Below, one piece after another: positions 41,990 through 56,314 of a stretch of DNA of 64,000 bases. The position numbers and the translations under genes were made by a program. How positions within the stretch are numbered: position 1 is the first letter of the stretch; the number at the start of each line of letters is the position of its first letter. Source of the stretch: Octopus sinensis (taxonomy: Eukaryota); the NCBI RefSeq assembly GCF_006345805.1, contig NC_043001.1:88536001-88600000 (forward strand). The letters are read 5' to 3'. The notes under the pieces were generated by a model that was not told the DNA's origin, did no database searches, and saw only the letters and a program-made list of their open reading frames with translations.

Positions 41990-42900
41990 TACAAATAATA
42001 AAACCTAATTACATTTCTTTGTGTTAAAGAAGCCATTGTAATTATCGAAGTAAATTTAATAGGCAATTTCATATTAATGGCAAAGCAATGCCAATAAAAT
42101 TTTCTGTACTTCCTGAATCAATTAGTGTCAACATCTTCATTATTTATTATAGCTGTAGCAATTTTTGAGCAGAATCTGAAACAAAGATAAATGTAAAAAT
42201 GGCACTTGATGACATTATTATTAGATCAACATATTTCCATTTTTCCACCTGATCAACATGGGATTTTTGGTGAGACAATCCTGTCTTTTATGAATACTAC
42301 TACCATGGAAAAAGTATTTATAATCCTTTCTAGTTGCAGCCAGAGAAAGATAATCATTAGAATTATTTTGATTGTGTTGTAAAGGCTCTGATACTGCATT
42401 AGCAGAATATGTTATTGAATATGAATTATAGTGATTAACATTTATCTGAGGCTGTGCAATTACTACTATTTGTGCTTCTTGTATTGCACCATCTAACTTG
42501 AGTTCACTACTTTCAAGTAATCTTTGAATTATTGTTTTGTTGTAAAATTGTAATAAAGACATTGTGTTCCTTGTTCACAACATTCAAGTGACAGATATTG
42601 CTTAAATATAAATATCTTGGCTTAAAAGTCACAAGTCATGATGGATTCTGGTGCTTGTTGTTTGTGATTTGCCCATAAGTGACAAGCAAAATCTACAATA
42701 AAAAGATTTAATGCAGTCAGAAAGGTATTACATGTTGTAATGTGTTTGCAAATGTTTATAAAAATTGTTAATTAAGAATTTCTTATCTTCCTTCATCATT
42801 GTGCTTTTGCTTCAAAAATTTCAAAAATGCAATACCAGAATTATACTTTGCTTGGGTTTGCAAATCAGATTAAATAATACCAAATAATTTTGAATGTAAA
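41990..42900 (-). mobile_element. Ty3/Gypsy-type gag-protease remnant
   Basis: ORF 42221..42562 has IQRLLESSELKLDGAIQEAQ (gag) and a decayed zinc knuckle (YFFHGSSIHKRQDC); LIDSGSTENFI retropepsin motif at 42093-42125. Confidence 0.7.
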
Positions 42901-44777
42901 AAATTTGTCCATAATTTTGTGCTTGCAGTTAGCTGCAAGGATTTGTTTCAGTGCATCTATATTTCTTTATTCTTGTTGCTTTACTGTTCTATACTGGATA
43001 TGCTATCTATTGGCAACACAGAAACTAAGCATACTGACTCCCTTGATAATACATTTTGTTCTATATTACTTACAAACTGCTTTCCATTGAGTATCAATCA
43101 CAACAACAGTGTTAACTACAGTAGTAGCAACAACAGTCATAGCAATTCTAGTTATAGTAAAGCTATCTCACATGAATCCATCAGAAAGTCAAGCAAATCA
43201 CTGAATAAACTGATGTGTATTTTCTTCCATAAATTTTATGCAGTAATTCAAATCTTCTGCCATTCCTGTTTTCATGACTTAAGAGTTGTGAGCATTGTAT
43301 TTCATATCTTTAAATCATTGCACACACACACACTCATAAATACATGACAAATTTCACATTTCACAATAAATACAATATATTCATAAATAATAATAATGAT
43401 AATAAACACATTCATATTTTAAACAATTATTGTTTTGGTATTGGTTACTTTGCACTTACTAAGTTAAATTTCATTTAGTTTTTAATATTAGTCAATGTTC
43501 TCTGACATAGCAATTAACCCAAATTTTCATCACTTATACTAAGTGTTAAGTTTTTATATTTAATGTGCTTTTAGTATATTGTGTTCATCATCTGTATATT
43601 TCTTTAGAAATTAAAAAAAAATGACAATTTGCATCTCTTCGCAATCCATCATCTCTACCACTACTACTTCATCATATCATAATGTTCTGTTTACTGAATT
43701 TCATCTTTTCAGCCATATTCTCTTCACTCTAGGCCTTATAACTATCATAAAGGATTTTATGCTGGAATGCACTTGTGGACGTTTCTGTCCTAATGAGCTG
43801 CTTCTCATTGCTATATTTTTAGAGCTTGAGTAAGAGGTATGAAAGTGAGCCTAGCTTAAACTTTGTTAGTAAAAAGAGACAGAAAATTACCTTAGCTCCA
43901 GAAAAGAGATTTTCTGGGTGTACAGGAAGTATATATACAGGAGTTCAATACTGTTTGACCAGTACAAACAATTGATTTTTAAACTAGAAACAAGGCTATA
44001 AATGTTGGTGTAGGTATACTCAGTTATATCAACCCCAATGAGATTTGAACTCAAAGCATACAGATATGTTGTTTAATGCAGCAAGCCATGTTGTCTAGTA
44101 CTCCACTGGTTCTGCCAGTTTATTATCCACTATGAACAGTTGCTATACAAATGTATAGTGGGTTCTGTGACTGAATGGATGAGAACCATGGTTTCAAGTG
44201 CAGCTTAAGCACTAGAATAGCTATCAACCTGAACAACTTTTGGCCCATTAAAAATGGGAAATAAAGCCTTGTTGCATAGGTGATAATTTTTATATTGGAC
44301 ATAATATAGGAGGTTAGATTTAAAGATAGTAAGAATAGAACTGCCACTTTTGCAACAAATGAGTTCTTCCTCCACATCAAAAGACAAATAAGTTGTGACA
44401 TCTGTCAGAGGTTTCATAGTATATTGTAAGACATGGATAATGAGTGTAGATGTCTATAAATAGTGTTGTGTGATGTGCATGATAGTGAAACATTGGCAGT
44501 GAATGTTGAGGATTATATGCAGTGCATATACCAGATAAGTTCAATTATGAATATAAAGGTCGATATTTTGGATTTATAAAATGTGTGTGACAGTGTATAG
44601 TAGTGAAATATGATCAGTGAATGTGTATGGTGTGTGTAAGATGTGTGATAATATATAATAGTGAACATTGGCAATTAATATAGAAGGCAACATAGAGTGT
44701 ATGGTGTTGCATGATAGGAATACACAAACGACTAGAGGATTTACAATAATCAGAGACAGATAAGTTAATTATTTACT

Positions 44778-45176
44778 ACTAGCAGTATCACCCGGCGTTG
44801 CTCGGGTTTGTAAGGAAAATAACTATATAAGCATTTTTAGAGAGTTATAGCCAAAAAATAGCAAAAAATGCATTAAAAATGGGGAAAAAATTATGGTAAT
44901 TTTTTTTTTAAATCGTTGACTCATCGTAGACATTTTTAGAGAGTTACTTCCCTTATATAATAGCGAAAAAATGCATTAAAATGGGAAAAAATGATGGTAA
45001 ATTTTTTATTAAATCGTAGACTCATCGTAGACACGCACTAATACCCAGAAGGGCTCGATATGAATCACGACTATAAGATACCCGGTTTTGGTTAAACTGC
45101 ACCGCAAAATGTGGGAGTAGTTAGGAATCTAAATCGTAGGAGAGAGACACACAACTTCACTTTTATATATAAAGAT
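44778..45176 (+). mobile_element. Non-autonomous Helitron/Helentron-like element, copy 2
   Basis: Colinear and highly similar to 3650-4046, with the same termini. Confidence 0.7.
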
Positions 45177-45919
45177 TAGATGTTAATAACCATTATAAGA
45201 AAGGTTAATTATAAGAGGACAAAACGATGATCAATGCATACATAGAGTGTATGGTGGTATAAACATAACATGATTGGCTGTTAGATATATTGTGGAAATG
45301 AGTGAGAGCTGGGATAAAAGTAGGCTGAAGAAAGCAAGGTATTTTTAGTCATATGGGAATATTGACTGTCATTGACAAAATAGTATATCAAAATTTGTAA
45401 AGATAACTTTTCTACACCACAGGCATTTCTAATAATAACAAGGATCTTCTCAAATTTAACAGTTAAATGTTATGTATTTGTTAACATTAAATAAATAAAG
45501 CACCCTGTGCATACTATAAAGTGGGTTTTAAGAAGGGCATCCAGTCATAGAAACCATGCTAAAGATGACACTGTAGCTCATTACAGTCTTATGGCTTGTC
45601 ATATTCTGTCAAATCGTCTACCTATGCCAGCATGGAATATGAATATTAAGTAACTCTGATAATGATAGCTATAATTCTTACTAATAGATTTATCATCTTA
45701 CTTACAGATTTATGTGCTAATAAATTCCATTGTTGATCACAGAAAAAGTCAAATCAGAAAAGTCAAAATTTAATCAAGATGACTAGCATATGTTTACATA
45801 TCATATCATTTCTTTTACTGTAACAGCTTCTCAGAATAATATCTCCAGTTTCAAGATGATATTAATAGATTTAGTCTGTGACATATTTTATGTGTATGCA
45901 AATCTCTGTAAGTCATCAT

Positions 45920-46620
45920 CATCGTTGTTTAATGTTTACTTTCGATGCTAGCATGAGTTGAACGGTTTGACATGGATCTGGCTAGCAGAGAGCTATCCAG
46001 ACTCCAACTGTCTGTTGAGGCATGGTTTCTACAGTTTGATGCCCCTCCTGATGCCAACCACCTAACAGTGTGCTGGGTGTTTTTTGCATACTATTGGCAT
46101 GGTTGCATTTACACAACACCAGCGCAGATGCGTTAACACAGTACTAGCACAAGTGCTTTTTAAGTAGCAGACAGCAATTTTATTTAGCTTGACATGTCTT
46201 GTCAAGTGCAGCAAATTTCCACATCTCCCAGTCCCTTGCCATTTCTTCAGTGAAGCCCAGTGTCTGAAGATTCTTTCTCACCACTTTTTCCCATGTCTTC
46301 CTGGGTCTATCCCTTCCACAGGTACCCTCCACAGTTAGTGCTCAGCACTTCTTTATGCAGCTGTCCTCATCCATACGCATCACATGACCAAACCTGTGCA
46401 GTCTTCTCTCTTGCGCACATCTTTTGCCTCTTATACCCAGGTTTCTTCTTAAATAATTTACACTCTGTCATACTTGTACACTGATATTACTCATCCAGTG
46501 GAGCATGCTAGCTTCATTTCTTACAACCCTTCACAAGTCCTCTGTAGTCAAAGCCCACATTTCACAGACATGTAACATGGCTGTACATACACAGGTACCA
46601 TACATATTTTGATAAATATT
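45920..46620 (-). mobile_element. Degraded RTE 3' end
   Basis: catcatcatcg tail at ~45915, RTE 3' UTR motifs, and reverse complement of RTE C-terminal coding sequence at 46250-46620. Confidence 0.7.
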
Positions 46621-46736
46621 ACATGATGTAATGTGTGGGGATGGGGAAGGGGTTAAGATTTTTCTAACTCTAGTTTAGACAACACTAAACTAATATAGTT
46701 CTGGCCATGCTGTAGCATCCTCTCATTATTCTAAAG

Positions 46737-46970
46737 CAGTGGTTCTCAATTGTGGTCCATATACAATTTTGTTGTTAAAATTTATCTGCAATAAATTTGT
46801 TATACTTCTACAATTCATAAAATATTTTAACAATTTTTTTTAAACAATTCCTATTAATATTTAATTATATAAATATATATTTTTTTAAACATCAAATGGC
46901 TAAGAGAGTCCAACCAAGTAAAATAGGAATCAAAGGGGTCTATTGGTAAAAAAATGTTTAAAGCTTTTGG
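46737..46970. mobile_element. hAT-type MITE, right end decayed
   Basis: Starts cagtggttctcaa; body similar to 49925-50179. Confidence 0.65.
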
Positions 46971-48244
46971 TTGATTCCAATAATGATTGTCTGTGCTTCA
47001 CATTGTACATCTTTAATCAAACACACCCAGTATTATGGATTTATAAACAATAATTACTTCTAAATGCATAGTATTTTTGAATGTTTAAATAATGCTATTC
47101 TATCTCTCACCCAAGTAATGGATTTGATGTCTCTGTTGTACTCTATATACTTTTACATATAGGTGTCTTGTAATATTAGTTAGCATTTGAAAGGTATGAA
47201 GCATAAAAATCTATTGAATTATAAGATTTATAAGCAAATAGCCCAGAAATTTAGTTCTAATAAGTTAATAGATTAACTTTTCTTCTATATTTTCTTTTTT
47301 AACACTGATCTCAACCTAACATTAAAATTAAGTACTATCTTTAACTAATACTTTGGCTGGCCTATCACTTCTTGTGTCAGTTCAAATCATTCTCCTTTCT
47401 GCTTTGTTTACTCCTCTGTATGATTGTCTGTAGTTTGTTATGATATGATTACATTATCTTGGCAAAATTACTGTGGCTTTTTACCATATTGAACAAAACA
47501 TTCTTAACTTATTCAAATGCTATACTAAAGGTTTTCAGAATAGTTGAATTAAGAAGTTTGCTTTAGGTTCAATCTCAGTGGGAGATACTGTTGAGAAAAT
47601 GCCTTCCACCATAATCTCAGTTTGACTCAAGCCTTGTAAATTAAATTAGGTAGATGGTAACTGTCTGGAAACCTAGTTCCATAGACGTTACCTGTAAATC
47701 AAAGAGTAAGTCTTATCACAGACAATGTCATGCTAATTCTGCTTGAGGATTACATTATGAATACAAGAGTGTGAAATACTCAGCCATTTGGAGTATAATT
47801 CAGTATTGGTAGTTCTTTTGACTAAACAAGTGAAACACTCGTCAGCAAAACCTACGCAAGATTCAACACAGACACACACACACGCGCGATACATCCATAC
47901 CTGTATATGTGCTTTCCATGCTGGCATAGATTAACCCATGCTTATATATTTATATGTACACACACAAAAACGAGTGTATGTGCATGTGTGTACATGTATA
48001 TATATAGCCACTATGTGGATATTCAAACCTCTTATAGGGATATTTTATCCAAGATACACTGGTTTAATAAATTATATTTCAAAGGGATATTTCTTCACAA
48101 TGAGGATATCTAAACCTCTTATAGGGATATATATATATGGGGCTAAAAAGAGGTAGTGGTACTGTCCTAATCAGAACTTCCACTTTACATTGGTAAATAG
48201 ACTTTACTCTCTCTATATATATATATATGGATATATTATGCTGT

Positions 48245-48660
48245 GCAGGTGTGGTTGAATGATTGAGTAGCTTACTTCCCAACCATGTATAGTCTCAGGT
48301 GCAGTCCCACTATGTGGCTTCTTGATTAAGTTTCTACTATAGTACTGGGCTAACCACAGCCCCTTGTGAGTGGATTTGGTAGATGGAGCTTGAAAGAAGC
48401 TTGTCATGTATCTATATATATGTGTACCTTTGTCTTGACATCACATGATGGTTGTTTTAGCAAACATTGCCATCATATTAGTGATGCTGTCTGTTTCCAT
48501 TCACCCATGAAATGTCTGTCTGCTCATGAGAAACATTATCTTGCTTGGAAACAGGTGAGGTTTGGCAATAGGAAGGGCATCTGATTGTAGAAAATCTTGT
48601 CTCAACGAATTCCATCTGACCCATGTGAGCATGGAAAAGGGGATGTGAATGATAATGATG
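48245..48660 (+). mobile_element. Degraded tRNA-derived SINE
   Basis: Head and tail similar to 34340-34720. Confidence 0.65.
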
Positions 48661-48747
48661 ATTCTATAAGCCTATATATATATATATATATATACTTACA
48701 TATACATATATTACATTCACATGCACTCACACAAGCATGTGTGCACA

Positions 48748-48783
<36 letters not shown>

Positions 48784-49193
48784 GACTATTGAAACATAAT
48801 GCTGAACATACAAAGGTAAGCTGAACTTGAATATGTTTCTTTCTTAATTAGATACCAAATGTTTTAAATGATAGTAGATACTATAGTTTATATATAGCAT
48901 ATATAAAATATGACATTTATAGAAAGAGTGTATTAGAAATAGCATACCCTGCATGTACACTGTTGACTGTGTGTATATATATATCTGTGCACTTGCTGGT
49001 ATTATAGACTTAGTTTTTATCAGAGAATGTCAATGTTATGTTGGTATTTACCCACACACTGACTCATATTTTTTACATCTATCTGCCATACTTTTAGCTA
49101 CTCTCTATAACTGATTACTGTGTTGCCACACTGACCAAAGGCTTTAATACGTGTTTTATGGCTTTATGGTTTTATACATGTTTTATTTCCTAG

Positions 49194-49238
49194 AAGTCCA
49201 CGGAAGAAGAACGATCTCGTGTCTATTGGTGCTTTGTG
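49194..49238 (+). other. Candidate 45-nt cassette exon
   Basis: ttttatttcctag acceptor and GTG|gtaaga donor; no stop in any frame; unconfirmed. Confidence 0.3.
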
Positions 49239-49501
49239 GTAAGAGTATCTGGCCACACATACACCGGTGGGCAACTAGAAAACACCCACTGCTCATACAC
49301 ATTACTGCTATTGGCACTTTCTCTTTTATTGTTTCCTCATTTCCCTTGTGTTCTGATTAACTTTACTCTCTAGTCCTTCAAACAATGATGACAACTACAA
49401 CAACTACCTTATTTTCACTTGCATAATGCTTACTATCACAGCTGTTAGTTGGGATTTTTTTCCTTGAAAGTGTGAAGCATCACATCCTTAGATTTCTAAA
49501 C

Positions 49502-49685
49502 CAAGGTTCCCCGCAACTTGAGTTTTGTGGGCAAAGCAATTATAGAAGGGGTCATCTCTGTATTACCATTAAAACTACTTGAGTAGAGTGTGGCAACATT
49601 GTTAAATAATTTTTGATTATTGTTGTTCAAATTAATAGTACATTCAAGATGTTGTCCACAGTATTCAAAAGGTTGGGAACCTCTG
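49502..49685. mobile_element. Decayed hAT-type MITE
   Basis: Imperfect TIRs caaggttcccc...aac / gttgggaacctctg; TSD not convincing. Confidence 0.4.
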
Positions 49686-49924
49686 TGTGAAACTGACCCT
49701 TAATATAGTTAACACATTATATGATAAAACCTAACTCTGCACTTCACAAACATCAAAAAATATTTTCCTTGTTTGCTGTGCACCAAAAATAATCTGTATA
49801 TGATCAGTAAAAATTCTTAGATGTTAAATTTGGGCACATGTAACAGTATTATAATTTTATTGCCTTTTCTTCTCGATCAATATTGTTACATTAACATAGG
49901 TGTTTATCAAGTAACCACATAGAG

Positions 49925-50179
49925 CAGTGGTTCTCAACTTAGGACCACATGACCCTTCGGGATCCATATAAGATTTCATCATTAAAATTTATGTACAATA
50001 AATTTGTTATACTTCTACAATACACAAAATATTGTAACAATTTTTTAAATACAATTCTTGGTAATATTTAATTATAAAATTATAATAGGATTTTTTAAAC
50101 ATCAAATGATTATGCTAGTCCACCAGAGTAAAATATAAATCAAAAGGATTCATAGGAAAAAATTGGTTGAGAACCACTG
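49925..50179. mobile_element. hAT (Charlie-like) MITE
   Basis: 14-bp TIRs cagtggttctcaac / gttgagaaccactg; 8-bp flanks acatagag / atgtagag. Confidence 0.85.
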
Positions 50180-50379
50180 ATGTAGAGGACCCTTTGTTAG
50201 CTCATTGACTTCCTTTCTGTTTAGAAAACCAAATTAATGATGTTTGATTTGATTCATATTTAGAGCTGATTCAGTTTGATAATCTAAGAATGTTACCCCT
50301 CTTACCTCATAAATTTGAGCTTCTGTGCTTATGGAAGCAATTAATATTATTAATGTTGTTGTTATTTGTTATTATTTTA

Positions 50380-50600
50380 AGGTGGCGAGCTGGCAGATTC
50401 AAGAGCATGCCAGGCAAAATGCTTAGCAGCATTTTGTCCATCTTTACGTTCTGAGTTCAAATTCCACCATGGTCGATTTCATCTTTCATCCTTTTGGGAT
50501 TGATAAAATATGTTCTAGTTACATGCTGGGGTCAATGTAATTGACTAACCCCTTCCCCCAACATTTCAGGCCTTGTGCATGTAGTATAAAGGATTATTGT
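50380..50600 (+). mobile_element. SINE-like repeat (aaggtggcgagctggcaga... family)
   Basis: tRNA box B-like gagttcaaattcc; ends in (att/gtt)n; family recognised from memory. Confidence 0.55.
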
Positions 50601-51648
50601 TGTTGTTATTATTACTATTATTATTATTAACAAAATGTCTTGTGGTATTAGTTATAATCCTTTGTTTTTTGAGTTTAACTTCTATCAGGGTCAATAAAAT
50701 TAGCACCATTTTAAATACTGAAAGTGAAAATGATTTTTATTCTTCTCCAAATTTGTAGTCTTGTAATTGTTATGATTATTGCAGAAAAAAAAAAGACAAA
50801 GGCAAAATTGGCAAGAACTATACCATATTAAGTATATTAAAAAATATATTCTCATGCCTATGTTCTGGTTTCAAATGACGACAGTTTATTTTTGCCTCCC
50901 CTCTTTGTTGGGGTCAGAATAATTTGTATCTGTAATATATAAGGATCAGTGCTCCTTGTTTTCAACAATCAGTATAAGAAATCAGTATTTTGTATTTGTA
51001 TATCTTAATTTGATATAGTTTCTTTCCCTTTATTCTTTTTTTTTTTTTATCAGTGTCTGACTTTCAGGGATGGGAAAGTGAGGCTTTCTATAACATTCAT
51101 GAATTTCTAATAGACATTACCCACCTTGAATTACACTGAATAAATATAATCAGGAATCAAAATTGGGTACCAGACTTGACTCACTGAAAGTTTACTTTCT
51201 ATTCTACAGCAATGAACACAGAATTATTCGTCATTCATCAGAATTGTTATTTCAGCATTTCAGGATGAATATTCTTGTGATAACAAGCTTGTGTTGTGTG
51301 AACAATTCAGTCTTTATTGGTTTTAAATGTCACCAAAACCTTCGTGTAAAAACCATAGAAAACCAAGCCACTACTGTCTTCTGTAGTTGTTGTCATTTAC
51401 ATATTTACACACTGACTTTGACTGACTCCATACATGTATATGAACATTATCAGTTGTTAACCTTTAAGCTCAAGTGTCCTGTTAACTACACTCACTCTAT
51501 AAAACTTCCACTTCCTTCTGATAACACACACACACATGTATAAGAAAGGGAGAGAGGGAGAACATGCATGATTAAGTATATATTTGGTTCCTGTTCAGTT
51601 CCAAATAAATACATGTATATAAATATATCTATATGTGTATTCATATTC

Positions 51649-51679
<31 letters not shown>

Positions 51680-52339
51680 CTGCATGTTTACATTCTGTGT
51701 TTCTCTGAAAAGTTGGGCATTTGTTGACATTTCTGTCAATAAATTATTTGGTAGCTCGTCCCTTTCAAAGACAAGTGGAATGAAAACACCATTACCTGAA
51801 AGACAAGCAAGGGTTAGTGATAGGAAGTGAATCCAGCTGTAAAAAAAGACTGATACCTTAATACTGTGTATTCCCTCAACTCATGCTACTTTGGAAAAAC
51901 TGATGTAAAACAAGCAAATGAATGAACAAATATGTATATATAGTATTATATATAATGAAAAGGGCAGCACAGAGGAATCTCAAAGGAATTTATTGGGAAA
52001 ACAGAAAAAATACTCACACAATGGATGTAGTACACACTCATAAGTTGTTGACCAAATTATTATCACAATATTGTTCAATTTAGAAGTGTCAGTAACATAA
52101 GCTGCTGGGGTATAAATAAGAAAACATGGTAGATGGACAAGGACAGAATAAATAGAGTCAGGTACAATAACAGAAGTGATGGCGTCTGCAGACTAAATAG
52201 TAACTAAAAATGCATTATGAGGAGAACAGAAAAATATATATAACATAAAATGTAAATATAGAGAAGAAGAGCAACAAAAATACAAAATGATACAAAGAAA
52301 TATATATTGAAGGTCTATCCATACATAGTCACACATATT

Positions 52340-53150
52340 CATTGTCATCATCATCATCATCATGTCCTATTCCATGCTAGTATGGATTGGGAAGGTCCTC
52401 TTCAGTACAGTATCCTGCCACTTGTAGCACATCTTTGTCATCTCTTTCATGAGGTTCAACATCACATGATCCACTTACTTTCACTGCTTCTACCCGTGAC
52501 TTCTTTGATCTTCCTCTCTCATACTTTCCCTCCACATGAATTTCCTGGCACTGCTTTACGTAGCTATTATCATCCATATACATTACAAATCTATACAAAT
52601 GTACTTGTCTCTCTTGATCTCAGTATGTTTCCTCTTATACCTAGTTTTTTTTCTCATAGCTCAGATGCACACTAACATTACACATCTTACAGAACATGCT
52701 TATTTCATGTCTTCCCAGCTTTTACACACTACTTCAGTACCTATCCCGCATTAGGATGCAGCATCTCAGTTTGCACACAAGTATTGCACAATCTGCTCTT
52801 TTCTAAAAGAGTGATGAATCCTTTGTTGTCAGCAGACATAATAGTGTGTTGAACATTTTCCAACCTATCCTTATTCTTGCTACTATGCTTTCAGAGCACC
52901 CACCTCCACTGCTGATTAGTGTATGTAGTAAACAAGTTATCAACTACTTCTATGGAACCTTCCAAGCATTGGAAGAAGTTTATTTCACTGCTAATTACTC
53001 TGGTGCATCTGCCACATGCTAAATTTTTATTCACTATAAGCCTGCTTGTGATCCCATTCACCTCTTGGACAATCATAGATCACTTTCAGCTAATAGGTTA
53101 AATTGGTGCCCCAGTCAACCTTATCTTTACAATAAATTGGACTTTACTCT
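52340..53150 (-). mobile_element. Degraded RTE 3' ORF remnant
   Basis: ORF 52377..52598 VMYMDDNSYVKQCQEIHVEGKYERGRSKK resembles the RTE C-terminus; (cat)n tail at ~52345-52361. Confidence 0.65.
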
Positions 53151-55156
53151 CAATCTAGAGTCACTCTATCGATAAATGTTCTGTTATTCTTAAACTTGCT
53201 TTAAAATTGTAACCTTATTTTAACATTAAGAAATATATAAACATATATACATATCTCTAGATAGGATAAAGATCCTTTCTGCGTCATAAAGACTCATAGG
53301 GCCAGTTTCCAAGTTTCTGTGGTGTATATATTCTCCATTTAGGTGGAATACCAGTCCATTGCAGGATTACTTATTTTTACCAGCTGAGTGGGCTGAAGCA
53401 ACATGAAATGAAATGTTTCCAAGAACACTACACATTGCCTGGTCCAGGAATTTTAAACGATAATCTTATGATTATGAGTCCAACAATCTAATCACTAAGC
53501 TACACACCACCACATACATACCTAAAAACATACATATTGGATAATAAATTACATATATGTATATAAATTATGTATAATATAGGTATATGGTTAGTTAGTT
53601 TGCTTCACGTCATCATAGTTTCTGATTTCTGGCTCACTGCATAACACCTGGAGCAAGTGTCTTCTTCTAGAGCCTCGAATCAACCAGTCCCTAATGAGTA
53701 AAATTCGAGTGACAAAAATTGTATGGAATCCAGTCATATCAATATATGAGGGTTGGAGTTATTGTGTAAATTGAAGGAGAACACTAAAAAAAATTTGGTC
53801 ATCTTGGAAGTGTAAGGGAAAGTAATGAGATGAAAACAAGAGTAGGTTTTGGGTGGCAATGCAGATGACTTGGAGATGTATGGGTTGATATTACAGCAGG
53901 CTGAGTAAAGCAGGGCAAATATATAGCGTATTGGGCCAGTGAGGATGATTCAAGTACAGCCTCGATCAGTGGGTGATGAAGATGTCTGTCCCAAGTGGTG
54001 GGAAAATAGAAATGGGCAAGGAGCTATGAGTGATAAGGAGACAGGAGTCATAGAGGGAGGATTTAGAATACAAAGTGAGGGAGATATGCAGGGTGGAGTA
54101 AGGTAGGCTTGATAAGGCACACATATATACACTACAGTTTCTCAAACACTACTCTTGTGTCAGGTTACATTTCGCTATCAGTTAATGAATCTTCTGTAGC
54201 ACCATGTATCACCAGCCAGTATAGTCCTTTATCATGTTCTCCATTAGATGCAGCATCTTCAGGTCAGCCTTCACCACTTTGTTGCAAGTTTTCCTTGGTC
54301 TCCCACTTTCACAAGTTTCACTAATTTGGATTATTTAGTACTTTTCATTTACAATAGTCTTATGCTATACCCATCACAGGCCCACTCCAGCAGTCCCTTC
54401 TCTTGCATACTATACCTGATTCCTCTCGCACCCTTTTTTTTTCTCTTATCTCATTTGTATTCTGATGTTGATGCACACCAACATTGAACATCCATCAGAG
54501 CATGCTGGCTTAATTTGTTTCTAGTTTACACAAATTTTCTGCATTCAAGGCCTGTCTCATTACTACTCAACATTGCAATTCTAATACAAGCATCATACAA
54601 GCTACTCTTCACTTTGAGAGAAAACCTTTGTTGCCAGCAGTGTTTATAGCTCTGTGAATTTTTTCAAACCTGTTCTTTCCTTGGCTACTAACTTTCTGTG
54701 TGATTACCTAACATTTTATTCAGCAGAACCATATAACACTGTTTAACCCTAGAGAACACCAGCTCTATGAAAGAAAGAAAAATTTGCGATAAAGTATCTC
54801 CTTATCTATGTAAATTTAACCAAGAATATGATTTCATGTAATAGCTGCCTAATACCACTCAAATCAAAATCACATCCTATTGTCTTCAAAAGAGAAGGAC
54901 AGATTATGTAGTTTAATATAGTATATGTCTGACTAAAAGACAGATTGGTTATGATTAGAAAGGGTTGACCTGGAGCTAAGCAAGCAAAAGTGTGCATTAG
55001 ATAATATAGTCCTAGATAGAATGATATATTTGAATAAAGATGGAGTCGTTATGGCTCAAATGTCTTTAACCATAAGTCTTCAAATCAGGGATGGCTAGTG
55101 ACTTAGTTATAGGAAAGAGACCCATCCATCTTTTAAAATGATTACACCATATGATA

Positions 55157-55475
55157 GTGGAGGCACAATGGCCCAGTGATTAGAGCAGCGGACTCACGGT
55201 CAGAGGATCATGGTTTCGATTCCCAGACTGGGTGTTGTGTGTGTTCATTGAATGAAAACACCTAAAAGCTCCACGAAGCTCCGGCAGTGGTTGGTGGTGA
55301 CCCCTGTTGTACTCTTTCGCCACAACTTTCTCTCGGTCTCTCTTCCTGTTTCTTGAGTAATGCTGCGATGGACTGGCATCCTGTCCAGTTGGGAGGAACA
55401 CATACACCACAGAAACCGGCAAACCGGGTCCGTGAGCCTGGCTAGGCTTGAAAAGGGCAACGTTTATCGTTTTTT
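55157..55475 (+). mobile_element. tRNA-derived SINE with 15-bp TSD
   Basis: Head as at 20045; TSD ttacaccatatgata at 55142-55156 and 55476-55490. Confidence 0.9.
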
Positions 55476-56314
55476 TTACACCATATGATATACAAACAAA
55501 TATTGAGGTTTGCTGAGACTGTTCTCACTATGCTAACATGGAGAAATTGGTGGAAAACAGTATGGGGAGTAAAAATATATATATGAATATTTTGTTATTC
55601 ACCATTCTTTTCAATTGCCGTCTTTTATGAAAGATTGATTTCATTATTGATACTTATCTCATATGTTCTCTTTCTTTAGTCTTACTTCCTTTTTAATCAC
55701 CATCTGCTCTTTTTAGTCATCAAATTGCTTTTACTAAATAATACTGGCTTTATTATTTTTTTTCTTTCTCTTTTTTGTCTTGTCCAATTCTTTCAGCTCT
55801 TGGAAGTTTATTGGTTAATGATTGTAAAGATGTACAATTATCTTTATAATGACTGTTTCTTTCTTTCATGGTTTCTTTCTTTTCTCAACATCAACATTGT
55901 TTACATCTGCTAAGTTTACTGGAGGGAATCTTCTAAGAAATCAATGTAGCTGAGCATTTCGCTCATTCATGTTCATTTCTCATTCTCTTGTACACAACTC
56001 ATTCTATTTGGTCCATTATGTCAGGTCATGCTTTCCTGAAAACCAGTTCATTTCTTTGATATATCATGACTACACTTCATTGCAAATTGGAGCTGGTCTG
56101 TTCAGATGTTTATAAAACTAATTCACATAGTTGTATGTCTTGATAACTTACCTCTTGTCTTTAAAGTTGTCTTACTATAGTGTAGACATTCTCTTACCAC
56201 TTCACTTCCTTGTTACAATTGTTTAAGTTACAACATGTAATTCAGTTCAGATCATTTGCCAAACAGGTGCAAGTCAAAAGCAGGTATATATAATATATAT
56301 ATATATATATATAT

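Noticed and set aside
51054-51090. Possible exon after poly-T acceptor (tttatcag|tgtctgactttcagggatgggaaa|gtgag)
   Set aside because: No similarity to CaMKII; weak donor; such signals are common by chance in AT-rich introns.
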